64,000 nucleotides of DNA from Macrostomum lignano (lineage: Eukaryota). How positions within the stretch are numbered: the stretch's first letter is position 1; each line of letters opens with the position of its first letter. The position numbers were made by a program, and so were the translations under genes. This document shows, piece by piece, positions 49,741 through 63,233 of this stretch. Where the stretch lies: positions 119,125-183,124 of the forward strand of contig NIVC01002331.1 of NCBI GenBank assembly GCA_002269645.1, written 5' to 3'. A model generated the notes under the pieces. The model was not told the DNA's origin and made no database searches. It saw only the letters and a list, made by a program, of their open reading frames with translations.

Positions 49741-50582
49741 AAATCAGAGCTGAATCAGCTTTCGAACTCGTATCAGACTATCAGTGGTTCACTCATCACT
49801 TATTTGCACTTTTTCGATTTTGCAACCCGAGCCAGAATGCCGGAATTATATTTGCTTCTGCTTTTAATTTCCTTTCTGGCAGCAGAAATCAAGCAATTGA
49901 CCGGGGATGGGGAACTAGATTAGCAACGCTTTGTTGTGCGCGGGAGTGTGAGTGTGTGAAAGGTGATATCCTCATTTCCAACTGTGGTGCCAACCCCCCT
50001 CCGGGCCAGCCTCTTCAGCTCCCGCCAGAGAGAGTAGGGGCGATGAGGGCGAGATCTCATTACCCCAGCAGGGGCCGGTGGGCAGAGATATGTTCCTTCC
50101 TGTAAGAAGGCGGGCGCAATCGTGAAGATTGGAATAAAAAACCGACTAGAGAGAGTGGGAGAGGAGAGAGAGGGGGAGCAGACCAGGACAGAGTGGGAAC
50201 GGACAGAGGGGGATGCATTTTCTTTTGCAGCAGCGGCAGACCGAGTGCGGCGGCCATTAGCGGTTTGGCTCTCTCGGCTTGGCGCGCGAGTCCATTAGGG
50301 CTCGGCGCGTGAAAGAACTGGTGCCTTCCATCCCCTGTTGCAGGCCCGGACTGGACGAGCCCCCGTTCCCTTGTCAGCGGCGCGAGGAGTGAGCAAGCGA
50401 GGGCGAAGATGGAGGAAGCCTCTCTCCGTGCGATTTCCCTTTTCTAATTCTGCTGCTGCTACTGATTCCTCTGGCGGGCTTCATCGCCTCAGCTCAGCAT
50501 CAACCCCCCCCCGTTCTAAACACGACAGCAAAATAACCTTCTGATGCTCGTTTCCTGAACACGGGAAACTGAGAGGGCTCAA

Positions 50583-50935
50583 AAGTCCAACTGATCACGG
50601 ACACACAGTAGGACAATGAGTCCAACTGATCACGGCCACACAGTAGGACAATGAGTCCAACTGATCACGGACACACAGTAGGACAATGAGTCCAACTGAT
50701 CACGGACACACAGTAGGACAATGAGTCCAACTGATCACGGCCACACAGTATGACAATGAGTCCAACTGATCACGGACACACAGTAGGACAATGAGTCCAA
50801 CTGATCACGGACACACAGTAGGACAATGAGTCCAACTGATCACGGACACACAGTAGGACAATGAGTCCAACTGATCACGGCCACACAGTAGGACAATGAG
50901 TCCAACTGATCACGGACACACAGTATGACAATGAT
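50583..50935. repeat. 35-bp minisatellite GTCCAACTGATCACGGACACACAGTAGGACAATGA
   Basis: About 10 units. Confidence 0.96.
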
Positions 50936-51611
50936 GGTTCTGAGACAAATTGATCACAAAAAGATATCAGTTCTGATCAAAGCTGGGCACAGTTTCAAAT
51001 ATCAAAAGGCAACTATAATGACCTTTAAGCATCACCGTGACCAAATCTAATGACCTAAATAGCCACCAGATGGGTAATAAAACAATCGACATCGAAGTTC
51101 CACTCATCCTCATTCCACTCGTAGAAACAAACTAGAACTCAATCTACGAGCTCAAAGTCTCCCAATAGCTTGAATCGGTGAGGAGCGAGGGAGAGAAACT
51201 GAGGCAATCCATTGTGCTTGGAATTTTCCCCATGGGATAAACTCACCACCCCCATCAGCCGTTCCCCATAAAGCCGTGGCTACTATAAGAAAATTCCCGT
51301 TTACGCCTACAGAGGATGGGGGATTTTGATGAGAATGGACTCAGAGTAGCTATCGGATGGAGCGGAGCGGAGGGGAGAAATCCCCGCCTTGATCCCCTGC
51401 GCGAGTTGCGTGAATGGTGAGGGATTCCTGACTCAGCACTGCTGCATGACTGACTGCCTGCCCAGTTTGAGAATTAGGCGATTCGGATGGGAGAAATAGA
51501 CGAGTTCGGGGATTAAGACACCGATTGACTGATACGCCTCTTGGCTCTGCAAATTCGAATGCACTGTCAAAAGCGAACCAAGTTAAGAGCTGGCTTTACT
51601 GATTCTCTGTG

Positions 51612-53720
51612 GTCCTTCAGAGGCCCGTCTCTAGTCCCCGTCCTTCGGAGGCCTGTCTCTAGTCCCCTGTCCTTCGGAGGCCTGTCTCTAGTCCCCTGTC
51701 CTTCGGAGGCCTGTCTCTAGTCCCCTGTCCTTCGGAGGCCTGTCTCTAGTCCCTAGTCCCCTGTCCTTCGGAGGCCTGTCTCTAGTCCCCGTCCTTCGGA
51801 GGCCTGTCTCTAGTCCCCTGTCCTTCGGAGGCCTGTCTCTAGTCCCCTGTCCTTCGGAGGCCTGTCTCTAGTCCCTAGTCCCCTGTCCTTCGGAGGCCTG
51901 TCTCTAGTCCCCGTCCTTCGGAGGCCTGTCTCTAGTCCCCTGTCCTTCGGAGGCCTGTCTCTAGTCCCCTGTCCTTCGGAGGCCTGTCTCTAGTCCCCTG
52001 TCCTTCGGAGGCCTGTCTCTAGTCTTCTCTCTTTCGGAGAGCTGTCTCTAGTTTCCTGTCCTTCGGAGAGCTGTCTCCTGTCTCTAGTCTCCTGTCCTTC
52101 GGAGAGCTGTCTCTAGTCTCCCGTCCTTCAGAGGGTTGTCTCTAGTCTCCTGTCCTTCAGAGGCCCGTTTCTAGTCCCCTGTCCTTCGGAGGCCTGTCTC
52201 TAGTCTCCTGTCCTACAGAAGGCTGTCCCTAGTCTCCTGTCCTTCAGAGGGCTGTCTCTAGTTTCCTGTCCTTCAGAGGGCTGTCTCTAGTTTCCTGTCC
52301 TGTGGAGAGCTGTCTCTAGTCTCCTGTCCTTCGGAGAGCTGTCTCTAGACTCCTGTCCCTCAGAGGGCTGTCTTTAGTCTCAGGGCTGTCTCTAGTCTCC
52401 TGTCCTACAGAAGGCTGTCTCTAGTTTCCTGTCCTACAGAAGGCTGTCTCTAGTCTCCTGTCCTACAGAAGGCTGTCTCTCGTCTCTTCAGAGGGCTGTC
52501 TCTAGTCTGCTGTCCTACAGAAGGCTGTCTCTAGTCTCTTTGGAGGGCTGTCTCTAGTCTCTTTGGAGGGCTGTCTCTAGTCTCTTCAGAGGCCTGTCTC
52601 TAGTCTCCTGTCCTACAGAAGGCTATCTCTAGTTTCCTGTCCTACAGAAGGCTGTCTCTAGTTTCCTGTCCTACAGAAGGCTGTCTCTAGTCTCCTGTCC
52701 TTCAGAAGGCTGTCTCTAGTCTCCTGTCCTACAGAAGGCTGTCTCTAGTCTCCTGTCCTACTGAAGGCTGTCTCTAGTCTCCTGTCCTTCAGAAGGCTGT
52801 CTCTAGTCTCCTGTCCTTCAGAAGGCTGTCTCTAGTCTCCTGTCCTTCAGAAGGCTGTCTCTAGTCTCCTGTCCTTCAGAAGGCTGTCTCTAGTCTCCTG
52901 TCCTTCAGAAGGCTGTCTCTAGTCTCCTGTCCTTCAGAAGGCTGTCTCTAGTCTCCTGTCCTACAGAAGGCTGTCTCTCGTCTCTTCAGAGGGCTATCTA
53001 TAGTCTCTTTAGAGGGCTGTCTCTAGTCTCTTCAGAGGCCTGTCTCTAGTCTCCTGTCCTACAGAAGGCTGTATCTAGTCTCTTCAGAGGCCTGTCTCTA
53101 GTCTCCTGTCCTACAGAAGGCTGTATCTAGTCTCTTTGGAGGGCTGTCTCTAGTCTCTTCAGAGGGATGTCTCTAGTCTCCTGTCCTACAGAAGGCTGTC
53201 TCTAGTCTCCTGTCCTACAGAAGGCTGTCTCTAGTTTCCTGTCCTACAGAAGGCTGGCTCTCGTCTCTTCAGAGGGCTGTCTCTAGTCTCTTCAGAGGGC
53301 TGTCTCTAGTCTCCTGTCCTACAGAAGGCTGTATCTAGTCTCTTTGGAGGGCTGTCTCTAGTCTCTTCAGAGGGCTGTCTCTAGTCTCCTATCCTACAGA
53401 AGGCTGTCTCTAATCTCCTGTCCTTCAGAGGCCTGTCTCTAGTCTCCTGTCCTACAGAAGGCTGTCTCTCGTCTCTTCAGAGGGCTGTCTCTAGTCTCTT
53501 CAGAGGGCTGTCTCTAGTCTCCTGTCCTACAGAAGGCTGTCTCTAATCTCCTGTCCTTCAGAGGCCTGTCTCTAATCTCCTGTCCTACAGAAGGCTGTCT
53601 CTAGTCTCCTGACCTACAGAAGGCTGTCTCTCGTCTCTTCAGAGGGCTGTCTCTAGTCTCTTCAGAGGGCTGTCTCTAGTCTCCTGTCCTTCAGAGGGCT
53701 GTCTCTATCCTCTTGTCCTT
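51612..53720. repeat. 29-bp minisatellite CTGTCTCTAGTCCCCTGTCCTTCGGAGGC with left-to-right variant gradient and 22-bp deletion units
   Basis: Tandem units visible. Confidence 0.96.
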
Positions 53721-54622
53721 TAGAAGGCTTGCCATTCTTGGCACGGTCTCTATACCTTTGCACTTCAACCCTGAAGTGTCACATTCCCTCGTATATTTAC
53801 TCGCAGTAACTAAATTTTCTTTCAGAAGCAAATGTAATCTGGCGCGCAATCTACAAAATACGCGCATAAATTCTTACCAACCTGGCAATGCCAGTAGAGA
53901 GCTGTTCAATACTCGGAATTCAAACTTGAACCAGACAAACTAAGCAGTGGGAGAAACTGAATGCTTTATTATTGGTTGAAGAAGTCAATCTGCTGCTTTC
54001 GCTATAGACGTAGGGCACACGGACAGAAAATTTTAGACTCAGAAAGATGTCGGGCCCCGTTGGATTCATTACCGACAGACAGAGGCTGAAGTCACAGCAG
54101 CGCCCCGTCCCCAACTCCGAATCCGTGATTGGTCCGGTCAGCATCTCTCGCCTGGTATTAGCCAGCCAGCTCCCAGACTCCCAGACTCCTCATCAACGCC
54201 TCATCCCTCCGGGAAGTGTGAGAACTCGGGAACTGGGATAAATGGGAAAATAGGAAGTATGGGAAGAGTTGTGATAAATCTGGAGTCTGAGTGAGAGTAG
54301 GGGAAAGGCGATTTTGCGCTTTCACCCCATCATTTATCCTGTCCCTGGGATCAAGCGAAGATCTCCCAGTCCGAAATTGGATGGCAAAGTGGGGGGGGGG
54401 CGGACCGACACCCCCATTTCTGCTGCTAGAGGAAAACTGCTGAATTGAAAGGAGAGTGGCATGGATCAAGATGGCTGAAGGCGGATTCCCTTTGGGTGAC
54501 TGGCGAGCACGCGTTATGGATTAGCCAGTGGGTCGGTGCGTGACGCGATGCTCGTATAGAAAACGAAAGACCAGCAAAAATTGAAGCACATTTACAGCCA
54601 GCAGTCCGCAGCCTTGTTCAGA

Positions 54623-55019
<397 letters not shown>

Positions 55020-56329
55020 ACTTCCTTCCCGGACTGCTATTACCCTTATTGCAACGAACTTAAGATGAGGGTTCCAGCCGGTCAGTGACAGTTTGAGCAA
55101 GGAAAAATTTCCCTCACCTAAACTTAATGGTATGATTTCGATGTCTATAATTATTGCATCTTGCATAAACTAGCGTATTTGTTTATTTTAATTAACTACT
55201 CAAATCAACAACCGCTACTGTAAGTAGGAAAAGTTTCTATAAAATGTATCCAGCAGCACTATAGACTAAGTGAACCAAGCGAGCAGTATCAGCGCTAAAT
55301 GCGCCAGCGAAGTACACTTCGAAATGTACATCATCATCCGTGCCCTTAAACAATGCCTCTCAGCGCTGTTTAAATCTTAACAATCAAATCTCACATAATT
55401 ATGCGCAGGATGCTTAATAACGGTTCCAACTACATAAAAACCTTTCACAGCCTACTTATGTTAGGAAATTTATCAGTAGTACGAATTCAATTTTTTTAGA
55501 ATTATGAAAATTCTCCATTATCTTCACTACTAGATGAAAATGCGTGATTGACGGAGAAAATTGAGCTCCATTCTCGATATTTTCTGGTGTTGAACATTCT
55601 GGGTATTATTCTGTGGTCTAATCCTGAAATCTCGGTACACTTATAAAAGTACATTAACCTGTCCAGCTGTCCAGCAGTCAGTTGGGGTTAGGTGTGGAAG
55701 GCATCGAAGGCGGGGTGCGAAATTTCAGCTCCGTCACCCAGAGATCGCTGACAAAAAATAAAAGACCAACCGTTATCAGATGTCAGACAGGCCTGGAGCG
55801 GCGTCCCCAAGCATTCTCTGATCAATTATTCATTGCACCGAGCCCATGGCGAGGCTGCCGGCAGCTGCACAACTGGAATGGAAACGGAAAATTCCACTGA
55901 GTCTGCATGCGGCTGCTGCTCAGATACTATAGCAGTGTACAGTCGCCATAAGCTTCTACATCGTTGAGTTTTCAGGCCACTCATCATGTTGCAGTCTCTC
56001 TTCATCCTTATTCGTATTTACTTTCATCGCTGCCTGACTAAACTGAATTCCATTCTAGCAAGTTTTGCTGAGCCAACTTCTCACTTCTGATGTAATTACA
56101 CTGTAGTTTATCAGTTTAGTATCAGCGGTGAAGTCAGCCACACCTGCAGTTCGTTCAATTAAAAGTTGAGGAAGGCTGTAATTCTCTCGTTACAGTTTAT
56201 CTCTCTCCACAGGGCCCAGTTTCATATAATTTACCAGCTAAATAAGCTACGAGACTACGAGCTGAAAGTTATTTTGCCTTTTAGTAGAGGCTTGATTAGC
56301 GAAACTCGAGAAATTTGCAACAACGTGTC

Positions 56330-56660
56330 CATAGTCACCTGGCGCCACCTGTTGAAGGTGCCGACGGCGTCGGGGTGATGACTGAATGCTTGACTGACTA
56401 GCTGAGGGTGTCCAGAAGTTGAGGTTTGCACATTATTGAAGCTTGATAAGAAAAATCTGACATAGTTGCAACAGGATCTTCATAGTCACCTGGTGCCACC
56501 TGTTGAAGGTGCCGACGGCGTCCGGGTGATGACGGAATGCTTGAGAGAGTTGCTGAGGATGTCCAACAGTCGAGGATTGCCCGCTGTCGAGGCTTGAGAA
56601 ATTCGCATGAAGGTGTTCATAGTCACTTGATGCCACCTGTTGAAGGTCCAGAAGCACCGC
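56330..56660. repeat. Diverged ~140-150-bp tandem triplication
   Basis: CATAGTCAC(C/T)TG.(C/T)GCCACCTGTTGAAGGT at 56330, 56481 and 56618. Confidence 0.8.
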
Positions 56661-57953
56661 CTGGGTGAAGGCCAGTGACCAACGAAGTCAGAGCTGATGC
56701 AGAGACATGTGGTCGACGTGCTGATGAAATTTAGAGGCTTGGCAAGGCTGCACTGAGACGCAGTGCTGATTGGCGTACAGTGGTGTATTGAATACACTAG
56801 GGCTTATGGGAAAATCCGACCTTCTAACAGAATCGTCGAATATCTCGACGGTCCGGAGGGCTGGCGACTTGATTCTTGTTTTAAAAAATGCGCAACAAAA
56901 AGTTAGCTCGTGTTCTTGAATTTCATGTACCTTCGTTGCTCCGTTGCGGCCCAGCAAAAATATTGTCAGGGTGGGAATTCCCCCCCTTGTGGTAGTTCTA
57001 CTGTTAATGTGACCTAGTATGCCCATAGACATACACGGAAAAGGCAAGCAAGTTGATGATTCGGCCATAGACATCAGCACAAAGAAGGATGCCAGCAGCC
57101 GACTCTCTCAATGATATATTCCTGCACGGTCACGAGTGCGGGAATGACATCTGCACGAGTGCGCGCTAGCGCACGAGTGCACGATGTCCTTCACGCACGA
57201 GTGAACGTGAAGGAATTCCATTGTCGGATGATTCATCGTGCAGGAATGCACAAAACCGTGCAGGAATGCATTTCTGCGCCTAATGCTTTTTCAGTGAGAT
57301 TTTACCATAGACATCCATTCCTGCACGCAAAAGAGTGCAAGAATGCCATTCTTGCATGGAAAATCAGCCGACAATGAGTTCGCTGCTCACAGCTGCTTGT
57401 TTTTATCACAGTACCCAACGCACGCTTCTATGGTGGAAACAAGCATTGCTGCAATATAGTTAGTCAATTATGTCGACGCACGGCTTCGCGCACTGGTGTC
57501 TGGGTCGTTGCTGCACTCAAAAGCCGTGGGTCAGGTCTCCATTGAAGTCATGCTTAAACATCGACTTCTATGCAGTGATGATCAGAATTATGCACTACTA
57601 CTATTTTCCTATCAAGTTCCTATATTCTCGCGAGTATGATATTTTAGACGGACTATGCAAGCCTTTGCCATTTTCATCTGAAGCTCGCGTTCTGCTGCGT
57701 CATCGTGGTGAGCGTCATTTCGTTGACCTTCAGTTGTCCCGTTCTGCTGTTGTAGTTTCCTGTTGTCTATTAGTCAGCTTACATTCTTCCCCGGTCTCTC
57801 TAACCCTCCCCTCTCTCTATACCTAATATTTTCCTCTACCCCTCTCCTTCCTATCTACCCTTTCTTTACCACTTTACCACTCAGTAATCTTGCACCTCCC
57901 CATGTATACTCAACTTGTATCTCAGTCTGGAATCTCACTTTTCCTTCGTCACA

Positions 57954-58224
<271 letters not shown>

Positions 58225-58658
58225 TTTCGTGTCTCCTTTCAGCAAAGTAGTCTTCCTCCCCTTCAACTAAAAAAAACTTGCCTGGCTCGTCAAAAGCGGG
58301 AGGCAGGAGCGGATTGGTCGCAGATGATGTCCCAAAAAATGCATGCATTGGCCCTGTGGACCAGTCGCCCTTCTCTATCCCTTTCTCCCTTTCTTCCCTT
58401 CGTCCCTCGCCAGCGTTAAGCCTCTCCACCCACGCGCTTCTTTATCGGAAACAGAGCAGGCCAAACGGGGCCACTAGAACGGGGCTGCGGATTTTCAATC
58501 AAGAAGCATTTTATAACAGTCTAATTTGCTCTTCTTTCCGCCCAAAATTTATGCCCATATAGCTTCTTTAAAATTTCTTCTTGCTAGAAAAATTGGAAAA
58601 AGACAGCTAGCAGTTGAAAAGCAGAAGAAAGCAGAAGAAAGCTGTTTTTGTTAGAGTG

Positions 58659-58705
58659 ATGTCGGCTGGGTCCAGGCAGCAACCGGGTGGCGACGGCGCT
58701 GAGCG
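58659..58705 (+). CDS. Putative first coding exon of the harmonin-N-like domain gene
   Basis: ATG TCG GCT...GAG CG|gtaagt (perfect donor); MSAGSRQQPGGDGAE(R); phase 2 fits the acceptor at 60447. Confidence 0.55.
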
Positions 58706-59304
58706 GTAAGTGGCTCAAGCGGATCTTTTCTTTCATCTTTAATCTTGAATAGCCGACTTTGGCAATGCTTCGTGTTTGAGTATTTTGTCTTGCTCTTGAT
58801 CTGCTTTTTCAGCCCTGCCTGCGCTTAATCTCAGCTCTCTGCACTTCAAATTTATTGACCTCTTCCAATTTTTACATATCCTTTTCTCTTCTTTAGCTTT
58901 GCTTGTTGTCTAATACTTTTCTCAAATTTTATGTGCGTCCATGTGCTATACCGAAAATTTGATGATTTAATCTCCTCTCATCCCACATCCTCTCATCTTA
59001 TCTTCTCTCCCATCATCCCATCTCCTCTCTCTCATCTCATCTCCTCTCCCCAGAGATTCACCCTCCTCTATTTTCCCTCCTTTCTGCTTTCCTTTCTTCG
59101 CCTCCTCTCCTCTCTTACCAAGAAAGCTGGACTCTTACTTAGGAAAATTTCCCCCAACTTCATGAGCCGCCCCCGCTCATCTCCGTGTAATCAGGTGCAA
59201 AAACTGAACAATATTTTTCGAAATTGTCACGACGCAACACTATTGAATCTCTATCCATTTTAAAAGCTTCTCATTTTTATGGTGGAGCTAGAAACTACTT
59301 TTAC

Positions 59305-59505
59305 TGCAGCTCCGAGGTAACGGGTCCGACTCTCGCCCTAAGAAGCATGGGTTCAGTCCTTAGGGCCTTGGGTATACGAAAATTGGCCCACAACGGGGAG
59401 GGTGGGGTGTTGTCGCGCGATTCACACATACGAGGGCCAACCCCCAAGGCACAAAGAGTGTACATGCCTCTGTGTTCAATTAGAAAGCCAGGACCGCTGT
59501 GCACC
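59305..59505 (+). mobile_element. SINE family X, copy E (degenerate head)
   Basis: GAGGGCCAACCCCCAAGGCACAAAGAGTGTACATGCC...ATTAGAAAGCCAGGACCGCTGT; decayed A/B boxes upstream. Confidence 0.7.
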
Positions 59506-60204
59506 TTCGAACACCCAAGTTCGGTTCGTGCGGTTCACAAGGCGAAAGTTCAGCTTATTTGTAATAAATTTATTGCTTCGAGTTCTTCGATCCCCCTCCC
59601 CAAAAATAAACATATCGAATCGCCTTGAACTCGGGAAGGACTTCTCACTTGCCTTCCCCATTTTCTCTCGTTACTCTCGGCTCAATTCTCCGCTAAGCAG
59701 CGGCAGCACCGGCCTCTAAATCTTGACTCCCCATCGCTGTCAGGCGGCCGCTTCCTTTGCTGAATTATTGATCTGCCCCAGTGCCATGGAATTCTATTCT
59801 GAGCGATCTTTTTGAGGAACGCTCAATAAGCTCCCCCCTTGGTAGATGGGAGGACTCGCCTCAAACTACTCTGGAAAGCGTGGATACCTACTAAAATTTT
59901 AACCTTGTTTTCCTCCACTCCGAGAGAGCATGGGAATGGGTAAAGTACTTCGTACTCTGCTGGTAAATAAAGCCTTAGAGAGACTGCATGCATTGGTTGA
60001 AAAAGGTCAGGAAAACATTGGTAAACTTCCCCGTGTAAAAGTGCACAGAACTTATTGGGGGCCGTATATCCTCGGTGACTAGATTGACTATTTCCCACCG
60101 TTTGGACTTTCGAGTATCATTTTTAGTGTATAGATTATAGGCTAGCATTTGCGTGGTCCGAGATTTATAAGCAAGCAAAAAACTAATCTTAAATAGACGA
60201 GGTA

Positions 60205-60395
60205 CTCGCAGAGAGCTGTGGGCACCCTGGCGCAACGTCTTCGCGACGACATTGTCTCACTGAGCGCACACAAGCGCGCCAATGCTGTACGCAGGCACAG
60301 CACTCATGCACACGCTCACACAGGGTGTACAGCAGCCCTGACTTTCTAATCCTGTCAGGCATGCACACTGTGCCTTGGGGCACTCGGCCATCATG
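60205..60395 (-). mobile_element. SINE family X, copy F (central and 3' domains)
   Basis: Reverse complement: CCCCAAGGCACAGTGTGCATGCCTGACAGGATTAGAAAGTCAGGGCTGCTGTACACCCTGTGTGAGCGTG...CAGGGTGCCCACAGC. Confidence 0.78.
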
Positions 60396-60447
60396 GCCCG
60401 CCCCGCTTCGGCTCCAGCTAAGAAATTCCGGAACCTCCCGCCCGCAG

Positions 60448-60928
60448 CCGAGCCGCCGGGCAGCCGAGGCCGCCACCGGCATCAGAGCGCAGCCCGAGCC
60501 TCCGCCGAGCGGCCCACCAGCTGCTCAGCCGGGAGGAATGCGCCGCGTTCAAGGCCGCTCTGCGAGCCTTCCGTGAGACCACGACAGCTGAGCAGCTGGT
60601 GGACAGCCTGGCGCCCGTCATCGACTCGCCGAAGAAGCTGGGCTTGCTGCGCGACATCGCCCTGCTGCTGCCCGCCAGCCAGCGGGTTGACTTCGTCCGA
60701 CTGGCCAAGCGGCGCTTTCCCGGCTCCGAGCGGCTGCTGCCAAGCGAACGCCGACCCGGCGACGACGGCGACGGAGACGACGATGTCGAGGGCGACGGGC
60801 TGTCAGCGGCGTCGTCAGCAGCGGCTGAGAGCGAAAAAATCACCCTGGCGGAGAGCGGGCCGGTGCGCCGGCTGAAGGGCGAGGCGGAGCGGCCGCGAGT
60901 TATCAAACTGAACTCGGCCACCTTTCAG
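60448..60928 (+). CDS. Exon encoding a harmonin-N-like (HN/HHD) helical domain; whirlin/harmonin/PDZD7/delphilin-type scaffold
   Basis: LRRAAHQLLSREECAAFKAALRAFRETTTAEQLVDSLAPVIDSPKKLGLLRDIALLLPASQRVDF matches the HN-like pattern 'A..LL...E...F...L..Y......LV..L..L.D.P.K..LL..I..LIP......F'; donor TTTCAG|gtgcgt; acceptor cccgcag inferred. Confidence 0.75.
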
Positions 60929-61518
60929 GTGCGTAAAAATTGGCAGCCGTAGTAAACATTTTGCCTTATTAATCTCCAAATAGCAGATGAAAGACTTTTA
61001 AGGGCTCAGTGAAAATCGGGTGTCCTTACTTAAAAAAGGTGTCCTTCCACTTTAGTTGTCCATGTACCGCAGCTGAAGTGCATTTTCCAATAGTGCAGAC
61101 GCGATCGGTTGTAAAGAAACGATCGGAAGAATGTGAAAAAGTTGAAACCCCCTTCATTTTGAGATGAGAAAGGGAGGGGAATAAAGGGAATAAATGGAGA
61201 TTCCATGTCAACTGAAGACTCAAAGCAAAGAGTTCAAAGGTGTACGAAACATCCTAAGATTCTTGCAATTCTGCCCAATCATGTGATCTTGTGAGATTCT
61301 GCGCGAACTTTTTGTTCCATTCTAGAGGAGTCTTAAATTCACAGGAAACCACCATTTTTAATCTAAGGGAGGAACCCGGATGTGATGTCTCAGCGTTTCC
61401 AGTCGAATTGCTCCGGAAAGATAGCGATTGCAGTTGGTTCTGGTTCGGAGCTTTGCTAAGGGCTCCATTCCAGTGCTTAAGCTGTTATCCCCTCTTTCTC
61501 TTTTTTACTCCTGTACAG

Positions 61519-61969
61519 GTGCGCTACAGGTCGCGCCTATCATCAACATCATCGACCTCGCAGTCGGCTTCTTCAGCCTCGGCCGTGTCTGTCTCAGCTT
61601 CTAATTCTTCGCAGGAGCTGCCCCGTCACCATCTTCAGCAGCAGCAGCAGCAGCAGCAGCAAGAACAGCAACAACAACAGCAACAGGTGTCGCAAAATTC
61701 TGTCCGCGCTAGGGCCGCCTCTGTTGCGGGATTCTACAACCGGCGTGGCTCCTCAGCCGTCGCTGGCGTCTTCGGCGGGCCGCAGGACAAAGGTTTCTGG
61801 GCGTTGAACAGCCCGCGCCGTGGCCTGCAGGAGCTGCGGCGCCAGGAGAGGCTGCAGTCGATTGGCGCGGAGGCGTCGGCGTCGGCGGGGTCGGTAACAG
61901 CGAAGGTACCCAATGGGTCGACGCACTCCTTGGCGACGCCAGTGTCTAGGCCGGGTGTCAGCTTCATGT
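61519..61969 (+). CDS. Following exon of the same gene, Ser/Gln low-complexity region
   Basis: Long pyrimidine tract then ctgtacag|GTG CGC; open frame with poly-Gln and GC-rich codons; donor ATG T|gtgagt; phase 0 start fits the previous exon. Confidence 0.6.
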
Positions 61970-63188
61970 GTGAGTTGCGGTTTCATTGGGGACACAGATA
62001 CCTATTGTAGAAAGGCCTTGCATAGCGTGTTTCCAGCGATACACAGCGGTAGCGGTGCTCTGCAACTGTCACGCAGACAGAGACAGCTGCCTGCATGGGC
62101 TGGGAACAACGTTCTACCGATCCGGACGACTACTGTGGTAATGATTAGTAATGAATTAGTTGGCATTCCCATATGTCTCGCTCCCTTGCTCTCTCTCTCT
62201 CTCTCTCTTATCTCTCCAGCACACGCAGTTGACAGCAGTTCGTAGAGCACTTACTCAATCTCTAACATCCGGTTGCGATGTTGTCACAGAGATGTAGAGA
62301 AGCCAAGTGCATCTTTTCAAGCGCTTATTTCGTCGCAGAAATTTCATCGATATGCACGCGTGTGCATATGATATTAGCCAATAGCAGACAGAAAGCAAAG
62401 GCACTACTATCAGGGTCTCATTTTTATTCGTACGAATTGCAATTTGCATATTGGATCGCCTACTGATTCAATGGGTATACAGCATTAGCTGCGAAATAGT
62501 GCACCATTGATTTCAAAATGGGCAAGGGACAGTGCGGAAATTCCAGACTAACACAGGAGTCAGGCTACGAGGTTGGGGCTGAATTAGGCTGGCTTGGTCA
62601 TTCCGGCTTTCAAAGAGCCAGCGATCTTCAAATTAAAAGTCCAGCGCCTCTCATCCAGGCCCAGCCATTTACGACGCCGAAGAGATGACGGGAGGAGGGC
62701 GGCGGACTGGCCACTTTCCTAGAACTGCCAGCTGATTGAAATCTGGGGCAGAGGCGGGGCTGGAGGTTCGGCTGGGCATCAATTTTGTCGCACAGAGAGG
62801 GAGAGAGAAAGAGAAAGAGATGTGTGAATGATGGAATGAAAGTAAAACCGACCGTCACTGCACAGGAATCAAACAAAACATTGGAATGTAGAAAAATCGG
62901 CCCCATATGGGCGAATCCGCGGTCGGACGTCAATCCTCCAGACTAAACTAATAAAAAACGTACGGCAACATTTCAGTTGGAAATTTAAGCGCTTACGCTT
63001 GAAACAATACAGTTAACTGCAGCTTTTATAGTGCATGAGCGCATTCCGGGACAATCCATCAAGTCCTGCAAAGTCGACCCCGAGTCTGCTGAGCGGGAGA
63101 GGAAGAAAGCGGGCTGGCTTGCTCCACTCTTTCATCTTCTTTCGTGACCCGCTCTTTTGGGTTTTTGCTCTTTCGTCTCCCTTGCCAG

Positions 63189-63233
63189 CCGCCTGGAGGA
63201 GCGGAAGTCGCCGAAAGGGAGAGCGGCCCGGAG
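63189..63233 (+). CDS. Possible 45-nt exon of the same gene
   Basis: About 60-nt pyrimidine tract then ttgccag|...GGAG|gtaaat; open in the expected phase; no homology evidence. Confidence 0.25.

Noticed and set aside
48650-50935. 41-bp hairpin repeat and 35-bp repeat resembling CRISPR direct repeats in length
   Set aside because: Units are directly adjacent with no unique spacers, there are no cas genes, and the context is eukaryotic.
51241-51300. Minus-strand segment FLIVATALWGTADGG followed by GTGAGT as the missing semaphorin signal-peptide exon
   Set aside because: No in-frame Met nearby, and it ends in phase 1 whereas the exon at 37419 needs phase 2.
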